From: Lepidodermella squamata
Taxonomy: Eukaryota; Animalia; Gastrotricha
Direction of reading: 5' to 3'
Length of the DNA: 64,000 bases
Assembly: GCA_047495785.1 (NCBI GenBank)
Contig: JBLDXI010000013.1
Location: 4,030,001-4,094,000, forward strand
Made by a program: the position numbers and the translations under genes. The notes beneath the pieces were generated by a model. It was not told where the DNA came from. It did no database searches and worked only from the letters and a program-made list of their open reading frames with translations. Of this stretch, positions 1 to 11,725 are shown in pieces. Within the stretch, counting starts at the first letter, position 1. Every line of letters begins with the position of its first letter.

Positions 1-20
1 TAGGATTTCCATTTTTTAAG

Positions 21-352
21 ACCGACGTAGATCGGGAACTTCTTGGACCTGTGCGATATTTTTACCCTCTTCGGCCTTACAATGGCCTGGCATCTTATTA
101 TTTCCCGTTCACCGGACAACTTCATTTCGCTCCGCCCGGAGTAATGGTTCAATTCTACAACATTACCTTCGCAGTTCCTATTCGTATAATTTGCAAATTG
201 TGGGCGAAAAATGTTCGCCACATTCGAGATGGTAAGTTGAACTGAATCAAGATCGAAATTATTTGAGCTTCATTTATATTTCAGGACCTTTGGCAAAGCT
301 GACAGGCGCTGTTGAATTTGAAATGATGATTGATTCAGGCATTCAGGACTGA
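21..352 (+). CDS. Na+/K+-ATPase beta-subunit-like gene 1, 3' end only (exons 21-231, 285-352); 5' part lies outside the window
   Basis: Spliced translation TDVDRELLGPVRYFYP..YYFPFTGQLHFAPPGVMVQF..IICKLWAKNVRHIRD|GPLAKLTGAVEFEMMID. This matches the beta-subunit C-terminus (YYFP, P.V.V.F, CK.WAKN, G.V.F). GT-AG intron at 232-284; AATAAA at 361-366. Confidence 0.85.
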
Positions 353-465
353 AAATAACAAATAAAGTTATGTACCATTCTTCTCACGTCGGGTTTTGTT
401 TATTAGCCCTAAATTTCCCAGTATTATTCAGCGTGAAGCTGTAGTCAACACGAAGCCGCCGAAAA

Positions 466-2242
466 ATGAAATTGTTTTGTGTTCATAAACATGGTTAAAG
501 CAATGCTTTCTGCTATTAAAATCAGCCTAAGCGATGATCGCTTGAAACCTTTCGATTATACTCCAACACCACCGCCGACGAGAATATTCAAAATAGATCC
601 CGATGAAGATGAGGGACTGGATCCACCTAGAAGCTATGTATCTTTGGCTACAGAAGCTTTGCTTAAAAACCGATCCTCGATTAGGCGACCTCAAAGCACT
701 GATTTCTCGATTTCGCAATGCCGCGATCGCCGTTGGCAGCGAAGCGTTGATAACGTTCAAGGGGATGATCAAAACAGCGAAGATGACGACAATTTAGATG
801 GATTGATAACAGATGATGGCGAGGAGATTTACAAGATGCATCATAAGGAACCGGCTATGACGATTCCTGTCATGCGCAGGACTTGGAAACAGTGCTTCAA
901 ACGCTTCGGAATCTATTTCCTGTTTGTGTTTGCTGTTGCGGTTTTACACGCAGGCATTTGGTCCCTGTTCTGGGCTTGTACCGATTTGAATAATCCTCAC
1001 TACAGTCATTATTTGTTGCTCGAACCTGGTAAGTAAGATTTTAATAAGCAGACTCAAATTTAGAATTAAGATCTTCTATAGCATTGAATTTTCGGCCGAA
1101 ACCTAGAGGTGATGATTGGGGTACCTTCATTCAGGTTAGACCACATCTCCTCGTTTCATGATTCACTTTTCTTGGCGATTTTTCCTAGTACAATCGAAGA
1201 GATCTCGATGCGATCAATGAGCTGGTGGGATCTATGGATGAAGCTGTTGAGAGTAATAAATCCATGAAAACACTAAGATTTTCAAGATTTAATGTTACAA
1301 TTTCAAAGTGTATGAGGAGCAAGAACTGCCGGATAATGGAAATGGCGATCACCACACTTGGACGAAAGTTTGCAACCCTGATAACCCGGCTGATGATGAA
1401 AATGCATGCTGGATTGATTCTCGAGCTTTTGGTACTTACTGCTATAAAACTCAGGTAAACCGAACAACTTATAAAATTTTCAAAATTTTTATGAATTTAT
1501 TATTACTAATAGTACTATGGTTATAACGATGGTTAGTTTATTTTGAAACTGAACTCAATTTAGACGTTCATACAAGTTTTTAACAGGTAAACCGGTAATT
1601 TGTTTTAATTGAATTAAAAACGACGCTCGAGATTTGCAATTGACACAGTGCATTCTCATCCGCATCAACAGAGTCGTAAATTGGGTAAAATTTGAAATTT
1701 AACAGTTCAAAATTAATGCAAAATTGTTTGAATCAACTAAATTTACAGGTTCCAGAACCATATGAAAATTTCTGGGCTTTGAAAGAAGCTGGTTTCCCTC
1801 TGGATTGGAAAGAGGAGGACTACAACCCTGGTTACATCCCGATTTCATGCGAAGGGAAGGTGTGAAAAATTGTCCCCAAAGCAAAACCCTAAAAACGCGA
1901 TATTTTGCAGACTGATACCGATAAAGAGCTGCTTGGTCCGATTGAATATCACTATCCGATCAAGGGTTATAATGGAATAGCCACGTATTATTTCCCCTTC
2001 ACCGGCCAACTGCACTACGCTGCGCCCGGTGTGATGGTCAATTTTCGTCACCCTACGTTTTCGGTACCGATTCGCATTTTGTGCAAGCTGTGGGCTAAAA
2101 ATGTGCAACATATCCGAGAAGGTCTGGTTCTTCCGCGTAAAGCTTTAATTTTCTAATTATCGAACCAGGTCCCCGTGGCCTTCAAACTGGGTCCGTCGAA
2201 TTCGAGCTGATGGTGGATTCCGGCATGATGGAAACGAAATAG
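466..2242 (+). CDS. Na+/K+-ATPase beta-subunit-like gene 2 with a long acidic N-terminal cytoplasmic tail. Exons: ..1028, 1082-1134, 1188-~1251, 1309-1454, 1513-1531, 1587-1594, 1649-1684, 1749-1859, 1911-2121, 2169-2242
   Basis: Single type II TM segment (FGIYFLFVFAVAVLHAGIW), then EP|ALNFRP, FGTYC..YGYND|GKP|CILIRINRVVNW|VPEPY, IPISCEG, YYFPFTG, CKLWAKN and GSVEFELMVD. Every junction is in-frame GT-AG. The start is uncertain: ATG 466 via a possible 474-525 intron, or ATG 491. Confidence 0.85.
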
Positions 2243-3188
2243 AAATCATTATTTTGTGCGAACTTCTTTCACTGAAATAATAAAAGCCGTTGAAGGCTGT
2301 AACTCTGAAATTCCATGAATTTTACATGAATCTTCCATATCCTTTGCTTCAAAGATGAGTGTGGGTTATACCTATCGTTCGCGCATTTTTCAACAATAAC
2401 ATAATCCATCAGCAAATCAAAATTCATCGATTTCACGGTGATGTGAGACTTGGGACTAATACTGTAGAATTAGTCCGTCCCAAGATGTGAGACAGATTGA
2501 GGCCACAAGGTAAACAAATCATCCGAACTATTATCAGACTTCAGACTTTGACATTCAAAAAGCGGCAACTTCGGCATAGCGAAAAGCGAAAATCAGAGCT
2601 GGCAAGATAAAGCACCGTTGGATAGCCTTGAAACTTTAGCAACGATCCTTAGTTCTACTGATTCCAATTTTATCACACCTGTCGCCGAAATATTTCCAAT
2701 AAGTATTCAAAAGTTCCTAAACTTTCTCACTTGTCTCTACTAAGAAAACAATGCGGTTTGCATTGAAGGTATCCGGGTTCGCTATCGAGGTATCGGCGAA
2801 CTAGGCTATCGAACGGAATCCAACTCACAGGGTGTTCAAATTACCGATTTTCGCTATGCTAGTCGCCCCATTTTTTTCATTTCAAAGCTACTCTTCCGTT
2901 CCAGACATAGGCTGGTAAAACGATGGGATCAGCTCATTTTATCACTCTTCTTCTCAGCTTCCGTTCGACATCAGTACCGCAATCCTATCCTGCCAAAAGC
3001 TAAATTAAAAATAATTAAAAATCGAAAAACGCATGACAAATAATTCGGCTTTTATTCTTTTAAGAACAATGTGGCACATCCTTAAATTCGAACTAATTCG
3101 CTATTATTTTCTATCACACTATATTTATTTGGCACCTGTCTGAGCAATAGAGGCAATATGAACAACAAGCAGCAAGAAAATCCGTATG

Positions 3189-6100
3189 TTATTTCTTCTC
3201 GCTCGGGTACTTTTCCAGCAGCGCCGTCAGCAATTCGTTGATGTTGACCAGCAACCGGCGCGGGTCATCGACAAGAGCCGCCGCGATCAACGCGTTATCA
3301 TACAACTGAGTCGCCAGCAGCTTGGCGAGTTTCTCATCCGAACGCGCCACTTCAAACAACTTACGAACGATAGGATGGCTAGGGTTGATTTCAAGCGTTG
3401 GCTGCAACACAGCCACCTTCTCCTCATCACTACGATCAGCTAGTAGCGACTTGACCATATGCCTAGCTGAACTCATCTCAGTGACGGTTACAACACAAGG
3501 ATGGGTGGAGAGGCGCTTCGTAGGCTTAACATTAGCGATCTTAGCTGGGCCTAGGGTTGTTTTCAACCACGTTGCTAGGGACGCTGCGTCCGCGTCGCTA
3601 AGGGACTCTTTCGCAGGCGTGTTAGGTTCATTCTCAGATTTTTTCTCATCCTCCTTCTTCTCATCCGCCGTTGCGTCTAGCCCTGTTTCATTTTCAATAG
3701 AAACCAACTGTTTCTTGTCGAATTGAGCTAGCTGCAATAGAACAAGGTCGTCGTGCACGTCCGTCGCGAACAGCACTTCAATGTCACGGTTACGCATGGC
3801 TTCGAAGTAAGGACTCGCCTCGGCAAGAGCGCGGTTCGGAGCTGGGAGGTAGTAGATTTTCTTAGCGTCCAATTTCGCCCGCTTGCAGTACTCGGACAGG
3901 GTCGTTTTTTCGCCCTTTGGCAGGGCGGAGGACTCGAACAGCAGCAGTTTAGCGACATCTTCGCGAACGTCCTGTTCGTGCGATGAGATAACGCCTTCTT
4001 TCAGGAACACGCCGTAATCGCGGTAGAACGCTTCGTATTTCCTCGGATCGCGGCGCTGTTGGTCTTGCAGGAAGCGGCACGCGCGTGATGTCAGCATTTC
4101 GCGCAGTTTTCGCACGATAATGCCGTCTTGCAGCATTTCACGGCTCAGGTTGAGGGGGATGTCCTCACAGTCGACAACGCCCTTCATGAACCGCAGCCAG
4201 CGGGGTAGGACTGAGTTGGCTTTGTGGAGAATCAGGACGCGGCGGGCGTACAGAGACACTGAGATATCGGTTTCTCGCGACATGTCGTAGAAATCTAAGA
4301 AAAATTACGAAAAATTACGAAGGAATTATATGACAAAATTTCACAAATTTACGCCTTTAAGAGAATGATTTCGGGTGTAGTATAATATTCCAAAATAATT
4401 CGAAAATTGGAATTGAAAGTTTGATAATGCTGAATTATCCTCCCAGCCATTTTCATCTTCTAATGCTATGTTTTTGGATGTAGCTCTACCTACATACTCA
4501 CATTTTTCTTCGAATTTTCCCCGTTGCAACAACGGAATACGAGCGAGGCTTTAGTGTCATGAATCTGGTCCACACAAATCTTAAAAACCGACTAAAGGTT
4601 CCGGTCGTTTCCAGTAAGTTTTACCGAGTCGTTGAATTCATCAAATTTGTACACGTTATCATTCCAGATTTGATGTTTATTGCAATTAATGGCCAGCCGG
4701 TGTCGAAATTCGACCCGATTCCTCATTGCCGAGCCTGGCTGGAATCCGATCAGAATAGTGCCAGGGCTCAAAATAGTACTGAAGCCAAAAATCCAGTTTT
4801 CTTGCGGGTGGTCTCTTTTTCTACGATTTCAATCTCGATTCGTGTTATTAGAACACCAGCTGCTCGCTATACTCTGTTTGGCCTTGCAAGTTCCCACCAA
4901 GGCCGTGATATCGGCGTAAGGCTGCGTTATTGCTCAAATTACCCAACTTCCTATTGGTGACAAACGCGTGGCGAAGTGCAATATCCAGCCACCATTACGA
5001 GCACCCACTGTGCAAGACCGCGTTGATAAACCAAATTGGCAGCCTTTCGCCCGATAGCCTGAAAAACCTCGGTATTTCTGGCAATCACGAAAAGGTGATT
5101 CACAAGCGTGCCGCCAGTGAATTGCGGCGAGAGAATAAATAAACACTTTACGATTCAGCGGGTCCGAAAAAACACGCTTTCTTGATAGAGAATTCAATCT
5201 CCTATCGACTGAAATTAACGAGTTGATTGACTGGTCGAAAAAAAATTATTTTGTGAAACGAAATGAGGTTCCGCTCAGATGTTGAAGTTGAAGACCAAGT
5301 TGAAGACCAAGACTGTCTGGAAAATTGTTCAGGGGAAGAAACTCGAGATGAACAATTTTGTTAAGATAGACATTGCCAGTCAAATGCTGGCTGTTTTCAA
5401 CTTGCTCAACTGCAAAATGGACGCTCGAGAGAACCCGGCGAGTTACGTCCAGAGGGTTTCGACAGCTGTGGGCAAAATTAGGTCGACCGAGGCTTTATCT
5501 ACAGTGCCGGATTCCTTCATAGTTATACTGTTCCTAGTCTTCTTACCCGAACAGTATTCGACTTTCAGGTCGATTCAGACTGACAAGAGCGAAATCAAAC
5601 TGCCAAGCTTCAAAACTCGAGGCCGCTAGGTCAGCTCTGATCGATGCGCAAACGGCGTCATCCGGCGTCTAAGCGATCTACATCTACTTTACCGAACCCC
5701 CCAACGCTCATCATCTACAGCGACAACGGCACTCGAAATTATGCCAGTTTCTTTTCCAACGCAATTCTATTTTCATTGCAATACACCAAATCTGCGCTGC
5801 AACATGTGCATCACAAATTACTTCAAGCAAATCATACCTCCAATCATTTTTGATCACATTCACTCGTGCGTTTCCAATCTCAATTTCGCTATCATTTGAC
5901 TTCTCTCATTTCCAATTGATCGAGCGAAGAGCTAAGCGTTTTTCCATAAATTTCTCAACTGGGAAGTGGCTCGAATTTCCCTTCGAATTTGGGGAAAGTG
6001 GCCTTCGGAGCTTTTGATAGGCAACGGCTCAGCTTTGTAGCTTTGCAACAAAGCGGCTGAGACGAAAACTGGCGCGGCTGGGGCCAGAAAAATCCGATCG

Positions 6101-9100
6101 GCTTTTCATGAGTTGGGACAAGTCAACTTTCTTGTATCAGCGGCCGAAATGACTTTGACATCGACCGATGCGTCGAAAATGCCCTCTCGCTCCAACGTTT
6201 TCGCCGTTTCTGGGAATCCAAGTTGTATGTCCTCCGACGCCGTAATAGGCCGTTAGAAATTGTTCCGATTAGCAGATTGAACTAATCGGACTTGGGGTTC
6301 TTCTAAACTTTTAGAGGCTAACGTCAGACGATATTTCATTTTCGCTTTCAGGTTTTTATGAGACTGTTGCGTCATTTATGCAGTTCAAAATAAAACCGAA
6401 ATTTATTCCTAGAGAAAACGTTAGATGAAAGCAAGAAGGTTTGTCCGATCACTTCATTAGCGGGGCGTTGTTATCATCGGCAACAATCCAATCGAACTCA
6501 ACATAGTGACTCGGTGGCGATTTTCTATCAAACGCTGGAGAGTTTTTAGTATATTTTTTCGGTAAGACGTCGCGACCTAAGGTGATGGCGGTATACTTGG
6601 TTCTGAGGAAAAGCGACGCCTCCGTCAGATCCAAGAATTAATTAAGCGGATCTTGAGGCTTAAACCACTGGTCGTAGTTTCTTCCAACAAAAAACCGTGA
6701 TAAAAAATTAGAATAATAATATTTAAACCATACGGTTATTATTGATTTTCCTGTAAATTTTGAGAATTTTTCAATTTCAATCTGACATTTGGCAATCTAA
6801 TCTCAATTTAATGTGTTTGCCTTGAACGATATCAGAGTGGTCCAACAAAGTGAGTTTGTCTTAATGTACAGTCAATTAGTGTCATTAGTGTCGATTTCGA
6901 CCTTCGCAATCGTTCGACCGGCTGAAAACTTGACAGCGCTGTTTTCGGCTGATTTCTTCATTTTGAACTTGATAATCGACATCCGACCGATTTGACCTAA
7001 AATGGCCAAAGTTCCAGGGAAAAGGTATTGAAAAGATGTCCTTTTTCCATTGAGAGCAACTGATTACGGCTTGGAACGCTTTTCAATTCCGTGATTTTCG
7101 ACTTCAAACCCGCCATCGAGAGGTTCAAATCGGCTGGTTTGATCAAAAAGTAGCCGTAGTCTACACTTGAAACGACCAAAGCATTGGACCAAAGAAATCT
7201 CCGACTATTTCAGCTCCAACGGCATTGTCCAGGATACGAACCACCTCTTCCGAGTCGGGCGAAACTTCGGCAGTTAGCCGAACTCGCAGTTTGATGGTCG
7301 CTCAATCACAAGTAATCAGGCTACAGTACCGGCCATCATGCAGAATAAGCATGGCCGCCGTTAAAAGTAGATCGTTAAGAACAGTTTCTTCCTCTTTCAT
7401 TTCATTCATTTTTTCGTGATATTTTTCTCGTGACCTGCTCCTTACGTGCGCATATTTTCGTATAAATACAACTTATCGGAGGGAGGCGTATGTTAGGGTC
7501 TGCTCCCGCACCTTGATACTGTTTGGCGGGCTACAGTCTACAACCGGAAATTCGCTCAAAATCAATTATTCGTGCTGTATTGCTTCGATTTGATTGCAAG
7601 TCACTAATCTGCTTTCGGCCGTTCTCCTCGACTCAAAGCCGATACGTTATATATTGGCCAGCGAGGCTTTGAAACTTACGCCATCAGAATTTGAGAAAGT
7701 TTTGAAATACCACAAATCTACGATGTTAGCTTGCAGCGTGGCGACGCAACTTTTTTCTTCATGCACTATTGCGTTAAGCACTTATATCCATAATGCCTTC
7801 CCCCTCTGTTGTTCGGGGATAATAAGCATTTTCGATAATTTCTTATTTCTCAGCAGTTATTTCCGATTACACCATCCTGCCATCCAAAGAACCGAGCAGA
7901 ATGAAAGGATGAGCAAATCGAAGGCTACGAATTTTACAACGAAAATGGAGAACGCTAATTTGGTTTGGGAAACGGCTCATCGCACGGCCCCGGCACCCCC
8001 GGGCCGGGCCGCTCAGTTGTAAAATCTCTTGAAATGTTTAATTTTCATGAAAAAAAGAGAAAAAATCAAAACATACTAGGCTTGCCCTCGGAGACATAAA
8101 ACAGCGCACGAACTGTCAACGGCGAGTCGGACTGGAAGTGGAACGTGAACCTCGGCTTATCGTCGTTACTCGCCGCAATAAACCGATAAAACGCCTCATG
8201 CATTTCATGGGTAATTTCTTTCGGGTGCAACAGCCAAATGGCCTAAATTTATATTAAAAAAAATCACAAATATTCACTTAAACACGGTAAAATCGAACCA
8301 ACCTGTACGACATTTGACCGCTTTCCGTTTATGAAAACCGGAACACCGATGAAGTTGCTGTACTTGCGAATAATGTCGTTGATTGTCGACTCTTTCGCGT
8401 ATTCAGCGCAGTCTTTTTTAAGGTGGACAACAATTTTCGTGCCTCGCTTCACGCCCTCAGCCTCAGACAGCTCGTAAGACCCGCTGCCGTCCGACGACCA
8501 CTTGAAAGCAGGCTGGTCCGCCTTGTAAGACTGCGAGTAGACATCGACGCGATCAGCGACCATGAAAGCTGAGTAGAAGCCGACGCCAAACTGGCCAATC
8601 ATGTTTTTGACGGCTTCGCTGTTTTTAGCGCCAGCCGCCGCCGCTTCTTTGACGAATTTCTGAGACCCAGAATGCGCGATGATGCCGAGATTTTGCACCA
8701 TTTCTTCCTTCGTCATGCCGATACCTGTGTCTTGAATGATCAGCATATTGCGCTTCTCATCGGTTGCGATGTGAATTTCGAGTGGAAGATCGCCCAGAGC
8801 CGCCATTCTTGCCTTCTCCTCCTCTGGAGCTGACATTTGAAAGTGGCGCAATTTCTCGAGCTAAAACACATAAAGTTGGTATTACACACCTGGTTGTGCC
8901 ATTTGATCACTCGAATCAATTTCAGCCCTTTTCCTGATTCTTATCTATAGGTAACCCATCAGACCCAATTCGCGAAATGAAGCGCTCCGCACCTTAAGTT
9001 CGCCTTAGAAATACTGCTAATGATAAACAATAATCTGCTGTTTCGAGCTTGAATTTCGAAACACCAGCCTGTTTGTCTTCTTTTTCACTATATTTCTTAA

Positions 9101-11558
9101 CATCGAATTGCGGTTCTCGGCAATCTAGTCATTGAAATATTCGGAAAAATCGCTAAAATTCTCGAAATCGAGCCTGGCATTGTTAGAATACGTATTGGTT
9201 TATGCGGGCCCAAGACATTCGACGGGTATATCAATGCATATGGTCAACTCCAGTTGACTCCCTATTCAGTCTTGTACAACCCCAAAGACCTACTTGCCCC
9301 GTGGCCAATTCCGAAGATGGCCTATAGTTTATTGGCTCGCTTTATTCCTAAATTTTGCCGGCCCGAAACACCCGCTAGATCAGATCGCAAAAAGAGCTCT
9401 GATCGAAGAAGCTTTGGTGGCCATCGATTTTGAGACGCTGATGTTGCATTCAGCTGTTATCTGTTATGCGTCGCATAAGGCCAATCTCTTCAAAAATACT
9501 TTTATATGGCAGGATTATAAGGCCGAGTTTACCATCACCAGCCGCTTCAATTTCAATCAGGTTCTAGCAAAGAGCATCCGGTGATGTACACGTAATCTGA
9601 CGCCGTTCGGTCTACTGGTAGATGGTATGAGGTTCGAAGAAGAAGGTGTGAGCTTTCGTGGGTAAGACTTCATTTTTACGAAAATTCTGTCCGAATTACG
9701 CTGAAATGGCTGCTCCATTGCACGAATTGGGGTCAGTGAAAGGAAAATTTGCGTGGAACGATGTTGTCAGTGGGTCTTCGAACTTCTTTCAAAATCAAAA
9801 TTCTTGTCGTTTCCTGTGCTTTCGAATCATGATAGGCGCCTTTTCGTCTTTATACTTCTTTATACTGATGCTAGCGATCGTGTGATCGGCGGTAAACTGC
9901 GACTGAAAGTTGCCGTTAGTCGCGTTTTATCTGCTACTGATTTATACTCGTTATACTGTGACAGAGCGAGAAGTGGCCGCTTCAGAATTTACCTTCAAGT
10001 TCACAGGTTCGGACCAGAAATCTCTTCTTTGGCTGCATAATATGCTCGATTCTACCAAACTCGTGTGGCGCTGGAAATCAGAGTTACAGGACTACAAATT
10101 CGACGTCGTTCATTGCGAGGGGGCGATGTAACTTGCAGATGCTCAAACGCATTCCGAAAATTTTCCAGCCGATCATAACGAGTCCTTAGAGAACCCTTTA
10201 CCGGGAATGTTATCAATTAACCATATCGATTTTCGGCGGGAATTTTCTTTTGACAAACAGGCATTTCTAGATGCTCAGCTTTCCGAAGACGAACTCGGTC
10301 CTGTTTTATCTAGGTTCAAGGTGGATTCTTCACTGATTCCCGATGCCAGTGATTTCCCTGATTTCAAATTTGCTGCTGGTTAACTGGGATTACTTGATGA
10401 CGTGTTTCGTCTTCGTATGAAAGATGGTCATAAAGTCGTGCTTCTTCCGTTGGCGTTTCGATACGAAGTTCTACTACAGTTTTATGAGGCGAAATCATCC
10501 GCTCATTTAGCGGCTCGTCGTAATTCGCCTGCGTTTGGCCTATTATTTTCCTGGTATGGCTTCTGATGTCCGCGTTTACGTTCAGGAATGGAGCCATAGA
10601 GAATAGAGTTGCTCCATTCTAGGTAACTCAATTCTCTATCTATGGAGCGTAAGGCGACGACAAAGACCAAGGCGGCCCCTAACGAGCAACAGCTTCGTCC
10701 GACTGAGCCCAGGCTTTTTCATCGACTTCAAGAAAGCTTTTGACAGCGTCTACCGCGAAATCTCGTGGAAAATCCTTCGTCACTACGGCATCTCCGATAA
10801 AATCGTCCGACTATTCAAGCTTGTTTTTACGGTTTATTATAGCTTTGAAATCAGATGAAGAAGGCTGGTGTAAGTTTGGCCCTTAGCCCACTCCCTTAAT
10901 AAATTCCTGGTTGTTTCTTTCAGAATTATTAACCTCAACTATTGATCACATAGAAAAGGGGATCGAGTACAGAAGGCACAAAAGGTCAAATTGAAGTATC
11001 CGAATTTCAGTGAGTTCAGTGAAGCATGCAGAACTACTATTTATAACGCAAAAATATTTTATTTTGATTTAAATAGATAATCTGTCCACAAAATCCCATT
11101 TTTCAACGCGACTCTCAACTATTCTCAAGCGAAGCTCGTTCGAAATAGCTCCATCTATATCAAGGTTTTAATTCATTCATTTTCGCATTGAAACTTACCG
11201 CATCGCTGGAATTGGACACCAATTCGCGTAAGAAGACTTCCTTCGACGAATACAGCGAATGGGCAACGATATCGAGCAACTTTCGCGTTTCTGCTTGAAA
11301 CTGCTTCGTATCCGCCGGGCCTTTTGCCCTCTCCGTGTCTGCGATGATGTTGTGCAAAATTTCATCGGGCCGCTTCTCTTCAGTTTGCGTCGACAGAAGC
11401 GCTCGCGGAATTGTAACCGCTGTCCTTGTCGACTTCAACTTCACATCTGAGTCGCGGTTAGCTGATGTCAACGCGGAAAATTGGCGTTGGTTTGCCTGGC
11501 TTTTCGAAGATCTCAAAATACCAGCCTTTGGAACGCGGCGGCAAAGCGCTCTGAACAT
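3189..11558 (-). CDS. TRAP1: TRAP1 / mitochondrial Hsp90 (Hsp75). Exons 11558-11199, 8860-8303, 8242-8077, 4294-3189
   Basis: Arg/Ser-rich mitochondrial presequence, [34 protein letters not shown]|[42 protein letters not shown] and LEINPSHP; no C-terminal MEEVD. Junctions are in frame (KP|NFYDMSRE). Confidence 0.95.
4532..4790 (+). mobile_element. hAT-superfamily transposase remnant (C-terminal dimerisation region), inside TRAP1 intron 3
   Basis: In-frame [18 protein letters not shown]...[16 protein letters not shown]...W resembles the hAT/ZNF862-type 'ERGFS.MN...T..RN.L...LM.I.+NGP' motif. It is a fragment with no start context. Confidence 0.7.
5279..5629 (+). mobile_element. Ty1/copia-type gag fragment, inside TRAP1 intron 3
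   Basis: [12 protein letters not shown] and [19 protein letters not shown]...[20 protein letters not shown] resemble the copia gag (UBN2) region. Internally deleted. Confidence 0.6.
9600..10150 (+). mobile_element. Ty3/gypsy pol remnant (RT connection + RNase H), inside TRAP1 intron 1
   Basis: Frameshifted fragments [52 protein letters not shown] and [24 protein letters not shown]. Confidence 0.85.
10594..10645. repeat. Short imperfect inverted repeat (MITE-like relic)
   Basis: The left arm CCATAGAGAATAGAGTTGC pairs with GTAACTCAATTCTCTATCTATGG; AG on both flanks. Confidence 0.45.
10718..10820 (+). mobile_element. Non-LTR (LINE, RTE-like) reverse transcriptase fragment
   Basis: [34 protein letters not shown] is the canonical LINE RT 'FxDxxKAFD' motif. 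Confidence 0.8.
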
Positions 11559-11725
11559 TTCAAAATTAACAGATACCCGATAACTAAAGGAAAAATAACA
11601 AATTTATTGATTTATTGATTTAAAAAGCTTGAATAAAATCACATCACAGGAAGCATGAATTACAAAATTACATCAACAATTTATCTTGAATAAATAAAAT
11701 ATTGTTAATGTAACAGTTGAATTGA

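Noticed and set aside
2560-2870. 12-bp inverted match (GCATAGCGAAAA / TTTTCGCTATGC) and a Tc1-like CAGGGTGTTCAAA end
   Set aside because: Too short and no matching TIR pair or TSD; at most an old MITE relic.
3186-3986. Several plus-strand ORFs over TRAP1, and similar antisense ORFs over the VWA5A, channel, Pif-like and RhoGEF genes
   Set aside because: They are antisense or alternate-frame shadows of GC-rich coding exons with no independent motifs.
5990-8022. Coding-looking fragments in TRAP1 intron 3 (ORFs at 6449, 6997, 7225, 7594)
   Set aside because: Probably more TE debris, but I could not identify a motif or build a splice model.
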